NCBI GenBank assembly: GCA_002314795.1 | Contig: DCHI01000044.1 | Coordinates: forward strand, 1 to 53,456 | Direction: 5' to 3' | From: Bacteroidales bacterium UBA1756 | GTDB lineage: Bacteria; Bacteroidota; Bacteroidia; Bacteroidales; WCHB1-69 | DNA: 53,456 bases | In this document: positions 9,602 through 18,700 of the stretch, piece by piece | Position numbering within the stretch: the stretch's first letter is position 1 | How the letters are laid out: every line of letters begins with the position of its first letter | Made by a program: the position numbers and the translations under genes | Notes under the pieces: generated by a model | Databases searched by the model: none | What the model was told of the DNA's origin: nothing | Seen by the model: the letters and a program-made list of their open reading frames with translations, nothing else

Positions 9602-9834
9602 CACAAAAAGACAAAATGTTATTGATGGTCTTACGGGACCAAAAGCTCCAAGAAAAATATCAGTTTTCGGCTGGAGATTATGAGGATTTGCAAGACGCAT
9701 TAAATTCAGATAATGCAATTGTAAGTGCCATTGCCAAAATCATCATTGAACTCAATGGCTCCGAAGATAGCGGAGAACAAAAAAGAGTTTACAAAACCAT
9801 TTTCGCACATTTAAACAACAAATTATTATCATGA
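9598..9834 (+). CDS. Small hypothetical protein (PbeB-like position)
   Basis: 78 aa, with ATGA overlaps to both neighbours (translational coupling). Confidence 0.7.
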   Translation: MTQKDKMLLMVLRDQKLQEKYQFSAGDYEDLQDALNSDNAIVSAIAKIIIELNGSEDSGEQKRVYKTIFAHLNNKLLS

Positions 9835-11984
9835 TAATCAAGAATATAACAATCGAAAATTTCCGCAGCTATTATGGAAGCAACTCCATTGATTTTGGGG
9901 AAAAGTTAACTCTTGTTATTGGAGCTAACGGAGATGGGAAAACCACTTTTTTTGAAGCCCTAGAATGGTTGTTTGATACGGTAGGGGCGCTTCCTATTAC
10001 AGATACAAAATATATCTCCAAGAAAAAAATATCTGAACTTCTACCGAACGAATCGGCGTATGTTAAAGCAATAATGACATACATTTCTGATGGTAGCGAA
10101 AGAATTGTCCAAAAGTCCTTCAAATTTGCAATTAGCTTAAGTGGAGAAATTTCAATTTCCAATTATAGTCACCAACTTTATATTCAAAATGGAGTAGAAA
10201 AAGAAGTTATTGAAGGCGAACGGGTGAAAAAGATATTTGATGCTGATTTTGCTGCACCTATACGAAAATATTGTTTATTCAAAGGGGAAGAAGAATTGAA
10301 TATTTTCAACAAGAAAGAAGCGATGAGCTTCCTTGTTGAAACATTTAGCCAAATTCGTGATTTTGATCCTTATGTCCATTTCATGCAAGAATCCAAAAAA
10401 TGGGCCGAGACAGCGACTGACAATGCTATGAAGTCAGATCGAAAAAATTCCAGAGAAGCGGAAACACTTAGAGCACACATCAAGTCTGAAGAACAAAAAA
10501 TAGGAGAATTAGAATCAGAACGAAGGAATAAAGATAGAGAAGCAACAAATTTTAAAAAATTGTTGGAAGACATTGAAAAAAACAAAGACTCATCTGCATT
10601 ATTGAATTCCACAAATGAAAGATTGAGATCTTTAATTGAGGAAAGAAACAATTTGGGAAGTCACATCAAAGAGAATTATACATTTCGGCTGTTAGATGAG
10701 ATGTGGATTCTAATGGGGTTTTCTCCTATTGCTGAAGAATACAAGAAATTGGTGGCTCACATTGACAAAGAGCAAAGACGGCAGCAAAGCCAATACGACC
10801 AAGAACTTGGAGCAAAAAAATTAGCAGAACAACTTCAGAGAGAAATTGATCTCGGGCAAATTCCTCTTGCGCTTAATATTCCTGATGAAAATACAATGCG
10901 CGAGATGTTGGATGACGAAATATGCAAAGTGTGCGGGCGAGAGGCCAAAAAAGGATCTGAAGCATATAATTATATGAAAATGCGTCTCAATAATTTTTTG
11001 GATTCGCAAAAAGTAGCTGAACAAAAGGAGGAAGAACCACGATTGTTTAAATATGAATTCATTAGAGAATTGAGCAATCGGTATTCTGTTCTTTTGAACA
11101 ATATGAATTTTATTCAAAAACTGAATTCTTTTATCGATGGCGCTATCGCTACAAACATAGATATTCACAGGAAAATTGATAGGATAAATAACAACATCTT
11201 AGAAGAAGAAGATCGCAAAAAGAAGATTCTGGCTCAGACTGATGGATTGACAGAAGACCAGCTCTTATCTGAATATGAAAACATATCAAGATGGTGGTCA
11301 GGGAGAAATGACGCAGAAAAAAGCATAGAACATCTTCAAATTCAGATAGATAGCCATAAGAATCTTTTGAGTGGATATCGCGAACAATATTCAAAAATTT
11401 CAAAAGAATCTTCGGCTGCAATGTATGAACGCAGTAGCGAAGCCATTCGAAAAATTTTGAATGCTTTCACGGGAGCCAAACAAAAAAACAAACAGGATTT
11501 TCTTTTGCAACTTGAAAAAGAAGCCAATTTCTATTTAGAATTACTCAACAAAAGTGATTTTAGAGGATACGCTCGAATTGAAGAACTTCCTGACAATAGT
11601 GCACAAATCGTTCTTATTGACAATGACGGAACTCGTATTTACAATCCAAACACGGCTCTTAAAACCACAATGTATATGTCGTTGCTATTTGCCATTTCAA
11701 AACTGACTTCCATCAAACACGAGAACGACTTCCCTCTCATTTTCGATGCCCCCACCTCATCTTTTACGACATCAAAAGAAAGGGATTTCTTCAATGTCAT
11801 CGGTAATATTCAAAAACAAACAATCATTTTCTCAAAAAGTTTTCTGATTGAAGACAATGGAACATTGACCTTAGATGATGTTAGATTACGTGATATCAAT
11901 GCTAAAAAATATAGAATAAAGAAGAAAGAACCTTTTAATGAGAAAGAATTATCTACCATTCATACAATTATTGAATCAATATAA
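9831..11984 (+). CDS. SMC/Rad50-like ABC ATPase (DndD/PbeC-like)
   Basis: 717 aa. IENFRSY, Walker A GANGDGKT, long coiled coils, central CKVC zinc-hook-like motif, Walker B LIFDAP. Confidence 0.82.
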   Translation: MIIKNITIENFRSYYGSNSIDFGEKLTLVIGANGDGKTTFFEALEWLFDTVGALPITDTKYISKKKISELLPNESAYVKAIMTYISDGSERIVQKSFKFAISLSGEISISNYSHQLYIQNGVEKEVIEGERVKKIFDADFAAPIRKYCLFKGEEELNIFNKKEAMSFLVETFSQIRDFDPYVHFMQESKKWAETATDNAMKSDRKNSREAETLRAHIKSEEQKIGELESERRNKDREATNFKKLLEDIEKNKDSSALLNSTNERLRSLIEERNNLGSHIKENYTFRLLDEMWILMGFSPIAEEYKKLVAHIDKEQRRQQSQYDQELGAKKLAEQLQREIDLGQIPLALNIPDENTMREMLDDEICKVCGREAKKGSEAYNYMKMRLNNFLDSQKVAEQKEEEPRLFKYEFIRELSNRYSVLLNNMNFIQKLNSFIDGAIATNIDIHRKIDRINNNILEEEDRKKKILAQTDGLTEDQLLSEYENISRWWSGRNDAEKSIEHLQIQIDSHKNLLSGYREQYSKISKESSAAMYERSSEAIRKILNAFTGAKQKNKQDFLLQLEKEANFYLELLNKSDFRGYARIEELPDNSAQIVLIDNDGTRIYNPNTALKTTMYMSLLFAISKLTSIKHENDFPLIFDAPTSSFTTSKERDFFNVIGNIQKQTIIFSKSFLIEDNGTLTLDDVRLRDINAKKYRIKKKEPFNEKELSTIHTIIESI

Positions 11985-11995
11985 ATCATAGACTT

Positions 11996-12598
11996 ATGAA
12001 TAAAATTTATACAAAAGATATCTTTGAAAGCATCTATGAAATTTGGAGCAGAAAGAATCCGTCATACGAAAAACATTATGACAATGACATCATTAAAGTA
12101 CTTTCCGATTTCTCAAAAGGAACAAACGAAACATCTGATGCTAAAGGGAAAATATTGGGAGCTGGATACGAAGTTCTTATAATGGCTTATTTTATTGGTT
12201 TGTACAGTAACAAGAAGAAGCCATTTGGAGAATTCAATGACATTAAGGATCTTGGCCAGCGAATAGAATTCTGGGGAAATATTGATTCAAAAAAAGGCAG
12301 GAAAGCATATCCTCGTTTGCGCGAATACATATTTATTTCACTCGTAGCCAAAACACCAGATATTAATTGGATTGAACTTGATAAAGGGAACTTAACTCCA
12401 AACGAAGTAGCCAATTTATTAATGGATACAATGGAACAGTACATTAATTATGGCCTTTCTTTCATACTTGAAAAAATGAAAGACGACGAAGGCTATTTCT
12501 ATCGCAAAGATTCATTTCTGGATATCTTTAAAGGGTTAACAAGAAAAAAGACTTCTCCCTCCACTGCCGATGATGATATTCCAGATTCTTTAGACTAA
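11996..12598 (+). CDS. Hypothetical protein, last gene of the operon (PbeD/DndE-like position)
   Basis: 200 aa, starting 11 nt after the ATPase stop and followed by a terminator. No motif recognised with certainty. Confidence 0.65.
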   Translation: MNKIYTKDIFESIYEIWSRKNPSYEKHYDNDIIKVLSDFSKGTNETSDAKGKILGAGYEVLIMAYFIGLYSNKKKPFGEFNDIKDLGQRIEFWGNIDSKKGRKAYPRLREYIFISLVAKTPDINWIELDKGNLTPNEVANLLMDTMEQYINYGLSFILEKMKDDEGYFYRKDSFLDIFKGLTRKKTSPSTADDDIPDSLD

Positions 12599-12619
12599 CA
12601 CCCCTCCCCCACTCTACAG

Positions 12620-12656
12620 AGACGGCTGCTTCTTGCGCCGTCTTTTTTCTTTTTTT
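12620..12656 (+). terminator. Intrinsic terminator of the defence operon
   Basis: AGACGGC...GCCGTCT stem followed by a long T tract. Confidence 0.75.
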
Positions 12657-12669
12657 GGAATGGAAAGTT

Positions 12670-12696
12670 TCCATAAAAAATCGTACTTTTGCCGCC
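12670..12696 (+). repeat. Direct repeat copy 1 (contains -7 element TACTTTTG)
   Basis: TCCATAAAAAATCGTACTTTTGCCGCC; 25/27 identical to 13969-13995. Confidence 0.75.
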
Positions 12697-12758
12697 TGAA
12701 AGTGTTAGATAGACTTAACATTTTTAAGTGATTTTTGCAATCTCTAAGTAACAAAAAA

Positions 12759-13952
12759 ATGAATACACTGATTGAAAAATGCCGACGTAAAATCCGATTG
12801 GTTGAAACTAAAAACATTCGAAGTGCAATGTCGGAAATTGCGTGGGATAGTCGGCTCATCGCCATTAGGGGCGCCAAAGGCGTCGGAAAAACGACATTGA
12901 TGCTTCAGCGACTAAAGCTTGACAAATGCGATTGTAAAACATCCCTCTACATCAGTCTTGACGATACCTATTTCGTGCGTCATCGGCTTGACGAATTTGT
13001 TGATGAATTTTATAAAAAAGGCGGAAAAAGATTGATGATTGATGAAGTGCACAAATACCCGGGATGGAGTAAAGAGATCAAACAAATCTATGACGATTTT
13101 CCCGATCTCACTATGGTTGTTTCCGGCTCATCATTTTTACAAATTTTAAACGGAGATGCAGATTTGTCACGTCGGTGCATTCCCTACGACCTGCAAGGAC
13201 TTTCTTATCGGGAATTTTTACAAATAGACAAAGGACTTTTATTCCCAATCGTTACGTTTAACGAATTAGTTTCCAATCCTCAAGCATTATGCGATACAGT
13301 AAATGAACAATGCCGTCCGCTATCTTTTTTTGAAGAATATCTTCAACGAGGATACTATCCTTTCTTTCTTGAAGGAAAAGGAGAATATCTTTTGCGTGTT
13401 GAAAATGTGGTCAATTATATTATCAATGTGGAACTTCCGCAATTATGCAAGGTTGAAGTAGGGGCAATTCGTAAGTTGCAGACGCTTCTCTCAATCGCAG
13501 CAGACAGTGTCCCTTTGCAAGTAGATATTTCAAAAATGAGCGTTATGGCTGGCGTTTCACGACAAACAGTATTGGGATATCTGCAATATTTGTATCAAGC
13601 ACGCCTTCTTAATTTATTGTATTCCAATGAATCCAATCTCAAAAAAATGCAAAAGCCAGATAAAGTCTATTTAGAAAATCCGAACCTGATGTATGCTTTG
13701 TCGTTAAACGGAATCAATCAAGGGACTCTACGAGAAACTTTTCTTGTAAATCAATTGAAAAATCAACATCGCGTGGAATATGTGAACAAAGGCGATCTGA
13801 TTGTGGATGGGACCTGGACAATTGAAATAGGTGGAAGGAGCAAAGATGGGAAACAGATTGCCCAAGAACCGAACGCTTTCATTGCTGCCGATGAGATTGA
13901 AAATCCAGCAGGGAACAAAATTCCATTGTGGGCTTTCGGTTTTTTGTATTAA
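12759..13952 (+). CDS. AAA_14 ATPase with C-terminal DUF4143
   Basis: Walker [53 protein letters not shown] 12759 preferred over TTG 12735. Confidence 0.85.
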   Translation: MNTLIEKCRRKIRLVETKNIRSAMSEIAWDSRLIAIRGAKGVGKTTLMLQRLKLDKCDCKTSLYISLDDTYFVRHRLDEFVDEFYKKGGKRLMIDEVHKYPGWSKEIKQIYDDFPDLTMVVSGSSFLQILNGDADLSRRCIPYDLQGLSYREFLQIDKGLLFPIVTFNELVSNPQALCDTVNEQCRPLSFFEEYLQRGYYPFFLEGKGEYLLRVENVVNYIINVELPQLCKVEVGAIRKLQTLLSIAADSVPLQVDISKMSVMAGVSRQTVLGYLQYLYQARLLNLLYSNESNLKKMQKPDKVYLENPNLMYALSLNGINQGTLRETFLVNQLKNQHRVEYVNKGDLIVDGTWTIEIGGRSKDGKQIAQEPNAFIAADEIENPAGNKIPLWAFGFLY

Positions 13953-13968
13953 AAATGATAAGCTCATC

Positions 13969-13995
13969 TCCACAAAAAATCGTACTTTTGCCACC
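13969..13995 (+). repeat. Direct repeat copy 2 / mscL promoter -7 element
   Basis: TCCACAAAAAATCGTACTTTTGCCACC, ~20 nt upstream of the mscL ATG. Confidence 0.75.
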
Positions 13996-14014
13996 GTTTT
14001 TAACAAATATTCTT

Positions 14015-14476
14015 ATGAACAAATTATTACAAGAATTCAGAGATTTTGCAATCAAAGGCAATATGATCGATATGGCCGTCGGTATCATTATCGGTGGCGC
14101 TTTCGGAAAAATTGTCACCTCCTTGGTGAGCGACATCATTATGCCCCCCATCGGACTTTTGGTCGGTGGTGTTAACTTTACCGATTGGAACATCGTGCTC
14201 AAACAAGCCGTCATCGAAAACGGTGTGGAAGTGGCTCCGGCCCTCACCCTCAATTACGGCAACTTCCTTCAGGTCCTGTTCGATTTTCTGATTATCGCAG
14301 CCGCCATCTTTTTCGTCATTCGCGCCCTCAACAGAATGAAACAACTGACAACGAAGAAAGAGGCAGAAGCAGAAGAGAAACCCGCTGCTCCAGCAGAACC
14401 GGCTCCGGCAAACCGCCCCACGCAAGAAGAACTTATGCTTCTTACGGAAATCAGAGACTTGCTGAAAAACAAATAG
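14015..14476 (+). CDS. mscL: Large-conductance mechanosensitive channel
   Basis: [51 protein letters not shown] at 14015. Confidence 0.97.
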   Translation: MNKLLQEFRDFAIKGNMIDMAVGIIIGGAFGKIVTSLVSDIIMPPIGLLVGGVNFTDWNIVLKQAVIENGVEVAPALTLNYGNFLQVLFDFLIIAAAIFFVIRALNRMKQLTTKKEAEAEEKPAAPAEPAPANRPTQEELMLLTEIRDLLKNK

Positions 14477-14499
14477 TCTTTTAACGCAGAAACTTATCT

Positions 14500-14530
14500 G
14501 GTCACGGCACCCACACCGTGACCTTCTTTT
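14500..14530 (+). terminator. Probable intrinsic terminator after mscL
   Basis: GGTCACGG/CCGTGACC stem followed by TTCTTTT. Confidence 0.6.
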
Positions 14531-14576
14531 GTATGGAATCAAACGAGGGCATCACTCGTCTTTAATTTTTTAGAAC

Positions 14577-15356
14577 GTGGCAAAGAAAAAATCAAAAAAA
14601 CAGCGCGGCTTCTTTGGGAAAGCGTGCGTATTCATTGGGAAAGTCCTTCTTATTTTATTTATAGCCAGTATTTTACTAACCGTATTGTATCGTTGGGTGA
14701 ATCCGCCCATTACGCCGCTTATGGTTATTCGGAAGGTTACCATCGGGGCGCCCATTGAAAAGGAGTGGAAAGATTTAGAGGACATTTCCCCGAATATGGT
14801 TCGCTGTGCCGTGGCGGCCGAAGACAATAACTTTCTCGGGCACAATGGCTTTGACTGGGGCGCTATCGATAAAGCATTGGAAGAGCGCAAGTCCGGACGA
14901 AGAAAGCGCGGCGGAAGTACCATCTCGCAACAAACGGCCAAGAACGTGTTTTTGTGGCCCAAGTCTTCGTGGGTACGCAAAGGCTGCGAAGTCTATTTCA
15001 CCTTCCTGATTGAAACCTGCTGGAGCAAGGAACGCATTATGGAAGTCTATCTCAACGTAATTGAGATGGGCGAAGGAGTTTATGGTGCCGAGGCGGCTGC
15101 CCAACACTATTTCAACAAAAGCGCCAAAAAGCTGACACTGCGCCAGGCGGCACTCATCACGGCCTGCTACCCGGCTCCGTTGAAACGCGACCCTGGCCAT
15201 CCGACCTCCTACCTCAATCGTCGCGCCACCAAAATCTGCAACCTGACCTACCAGATTGGGAAAATTAAATTTGACGAAGAATCAGTTAAGAAAGCGCACG
15301 AACGTTACGAAAAACGTGAAGCCAAACGCAAGGAACGGAAGAAAAAGAGGGGGTAG
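14577..15356 (+). CDS. mtgA: Monofunctional peptidoglycan transglycosylase
   Basis: AAEDNNF..H.GFD, RGGSTISQQTAKNVFLW, RKGCE, KERIMEVYLNVIE.G.GVYGAEAAA; N-terminal TM segment; GTG start. Confidence 0.95.
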   Translation: MAKKKSKKQRGFFGKACVFIGKVLLILFIASILLTVLYRWVNPPITPLMVIRKVTIGAPIEKEWKDLEDISPNMVRCAVAAEDNNFLGHNGFDWGAIDKALEERKSGRRKRGGSTISQQTAKNVFLWPKSSWVRKGCEVYFTFLIETCWSKERIMEVYLNVIEMGEGVYGAEAAAQHYFNKSAKKLTLRQAALITACYPAPLKRDPGHPTSYLNRRATKICNLTYQIGKIKFDEESVKKAHERYEKREAKRKERKKKRG

Positions 15357-15358
15357 GA

Positions 15359-15451
15359 GTTTGTAAAGTTTGTAAGGTTTATAAGGTTTGTAAGGTTTGT
15401 AAGGTTCGTAAGGTTTATAAGGTTTGTAAAGTTTGTAAAGTTTGTAAAGTT
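15359..15451 (+). repeat. 9-bp tandem array (GTTYRTAAR x10)
   Basis: Ten units such as GTTTGTAAA, GTTTGTAAG, GTTTATAAG and GTTCGTAAG, directly after the mtgA stop. Confidence 0.95.
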
Positions 15452-15686
15452 ATGGTATTAACGGGATATGGGGGCGCAAATTTTTGCGCCTTTATTAATT
15501 TCAATTAGCAGATATCAATGCTTGTCATATCCAAGCAACTGACTGTCATTAATTTACGCACACTCGGTCCCCTACTCGGGGAGATAGCGTTTTTTTTAGA
15601 TAAGGACATTGAGTGTCAGAAAAATGTTTTCGAATTGACGTTGGTTTCAAGGGGGATTACCGTTTTTTAATTTGACCAGACACAAT

Positions 15687-15723
15687 AAAAAAAGTTCTCC
15701 CACACTTTTCGTGCGGGAGAACT
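15687..15723 (-). terminator. Intrinsic terminator of the giant gene
   Basis: Minus strand reads AGTTCTCCCGCAC-GAAAA-GTGTGGGAGAACT followed by a T-tract. Confidence 0.85.
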
Positions 15724-15747
15724 GCGATGCGTAAAGTTGGGGTTTTA

Positions 15748-18700
15748 TTATTTTGTTACCACCAATTTCTTGGTTACGGATTGATTAGCATTGCGAACAT
15801 TGACGAAATAGACGCCTTCAGCCCAAGTAGCAACATTCAGTTCCATTGTGCTTTCGGTAGCGATAACACGATAGACTTCCTTGCCATTGGCATCGGTGAT
15901 TTGAACAAGCGTGTTCGCTTCGACCTTGCCCAAGGAGAGGGTTGTGCGCGTGTTGGTCGGGTTCGGATAGAGAGCGATGGTTTCATTAGATTCCACGTTG
16001 TCTTCCAAGCCCATTGGCATCGGGTTCGCCACAGTAGTGATGTGATAGGTGAGCGTATCTTTCGCAATTGAACGGACCGGCGTAGCAATCTTACCACCGA
16101 CACGATAGCCCGTTTGAGAATCCACGAGACCAAAGTCTTGTCCATTCGTCATTTCCATCAAATTGAAGACGATGCTGTAATTTCCCGGTACATACCAGTC
16201 TGCTTCAACAAAATTAGAAGTATTCGCTAAGAAATTCATATTGAAGTAGTTGTATTCGTAGGACTGCATCGGACGGAAAGTATTGAACGGAATTGAACCT
16301 GTAGCAGATTGCAAGGTATTTCCACAAAGTTGTCCGTTGAACATCGTACCGAATTGGATATTGGCAACATTCGCCAACATTGACATCGGCTCGGTTTCAC
16401 CTTCACGATAGATAGAATAATTGATAGAAACCTGAGATCCCAAATAGTCACCTTCTGCAACCGTAAGGAGAACAGCAGATGAAGCATCTTCAACAACATC
16501 TTGAGACAAGATGATTTCAGGTGCATTCAGTACAGGATCAGTCGGGCCTTCCGGACCACCCGTCACAACGAACGTAACTTCAACAGGAGCACAAGCAAAG
16601 ACTTCAATGCTATCCAAACTGTTCTTACCACCGATACGGTTCACGCCGTCATACATATACGGGAAGTCAATACCACCGGCCTCATTTATCAATTCGAAGA
16701 CAACCTTATAGGTACCGGGCTGCGTGAACTGATGAGAAACCACATTGGTACGGGCATTCAAGAATCCAAGATAGAAGTAGTCATAATGATAATTCATCAG
16801 CGAGAACGTTGCTCTCGGAATAAGATTCACCGGGGTTGTCAATGACTGTCCGTGGACGATCCCTTGGAATTCGGTACCGATGAACAAGTCACCGCCACAT
16901 TCATTATCAAAGTCTTGTACTAACTGGTTATCTTTATACAATGTGTAACGTACTGCAACCTTTGAACCGAAAGGCATATCATTGCCATAAACGGTCAGGA
17001 TAGCTTCCGAAGGACTCACACTGTCAACCTCCATAAATGGAGCGGCAGTTCCGTAATCGACATAGAGGTTCAAGGTAACGACGCTGTCGCAGCCATTGAC
17101 GGTCGTAAGGTTGAAGACGGTGGTTGAATGTGCGGCAACACCGTATTCGAAGACTCGGTTGTTGTAAGTAAATGGCAAGTCAGCTGCCAAGATATTCGTA
17201 TCAACAACAATTTGATAAGTTGGATTGACAACCAGGGTCATCACCACGGTACTGTCGCAACCTAATGCTGAAGAAAGGGTTGCAGGTTGTGTACCGGCAG
17301 CGGTGAATTCTACATTGTTCCAAGTGTATGGAAGTTCGTTATCACAAATCTCAGTCGTATCATAAACCGTATAGGTCGGGTTAATGGTGATATTCACCTC
17401 TCTCGTTGCTGTACAAGTACCGAGATGTACAACGGCGGTGGCCTGAGACATCAGGTCCGGAGCAGTTGCTTGAAGCAACGGAGTAGTGGAATAGACAGAA
17501 CCATTGACCAACCATTTCACACTATCGGAAGCCGGAGCAACGATAGCCAAATTGATAGAACCATTGTCACAGATGGTCGTTTCGCCAGCTACGGTGAACA
17601 CAGGCATTGGCTCGATAGCAAAGTGAGTAATCACAACGCTATCGCAACCGGTTGCTGCGCGGCCAGCCATCAAGAAGTTGACGATGGTATCGCGAGTGAT
17701 GATAACGCGTGTTCCCTCAAACGTGTATTCGTACGGCAGTGCGCTTTCGCAAACGGGAACTGTCTTCTGTCCGTAAACGGTTGGAATGACGGTGAGTTGA
17801 AGAATCGTCACACTATCACAATCCAATGAAGAGATATTTTCGTGACGGAAGTATGCGACACCTTGTCTCCTTGCATTCAAGATGGAATCAGCGGACAAAT
17901 CGAAACCGTGATCATTGTAAGGATAACCTTCGCATACGTCATCGGTGATAACGAGTGGATGATGTGAGTCGTATCTCGGGAATACCGTAAGAGCCAATTC
18001 CATATAGTAATGACCACAGGAGGTAGTACCTGTCATAATCGTATCATAGATGATTACCGGAACGGCGGCCTCCGGATCAATAGCTGCCTGCGTGGTTTCA
18101 GCACTGATGTTGAAACAGTCTAACCAAGTAGGTTCACATTCGAAGTAAGAATTACCTTGGCAGACGGAAGCGGTCTTACGAGCCATCGTATCGCCACGAA
18201 GGACAATCATTTGGATTGAATCGGAGACAGCGCATACCGTATTATCAATGGTATTTGCACTTGCAACAGAAATCATCCAAGAAGAAGAGATATTATATTC
18301 CGTTTTATAGTAAGTAATTTTCTCAACTCCATTGACAGTATCGCGAGTGACAGAATCAGGTACGAAGTTCACATCAGAGACATTATTGTAATTGATACGC
18401 GAGTTCACGGTGACGGTGAACGGGAGTTCACCTCCTTCACAAACCAGAGGCGAGATGACACCGATTCTGACAACAGGATTCGGAACGACGTTCAGTTTCA
18501 AAGTCACGATGCTATCGCAACCCATTTCCGTTACTGCACGCAAGACGAAGACAGAAGTATCATTCACCTTAGCGGCACGGATTTGAGCAGCGGTCAAATT
18601 GAAGTTAGCATCTGTGTACGGAGCCCCGTCACAAACATTAGCCGTATAAGTAATGTAGTATGCAGGATGAATTGTCAAAGTGTAGTTCACAATCGTGTCG

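Noticed and set aside
1586-12598. BREX type 4 (PAPS reductase + ATPase + DUF4007-like)
   Set aside because: No PglZ phosphatase or BrxL Lon-like gene in the locus.
6190-12598. Canonical dndBCDE operon
   Set aside because: The PAPS-reductase-like protein is short and follows DUF4007/ATPase as in ssp loci. No DndB is seen, and a helicase and small ORF separate it from the DndD-like ATPase.
15359-15451. CRISPR array
   Set aside because: Contiguous 9-bp units without spacers, and no cas genes.
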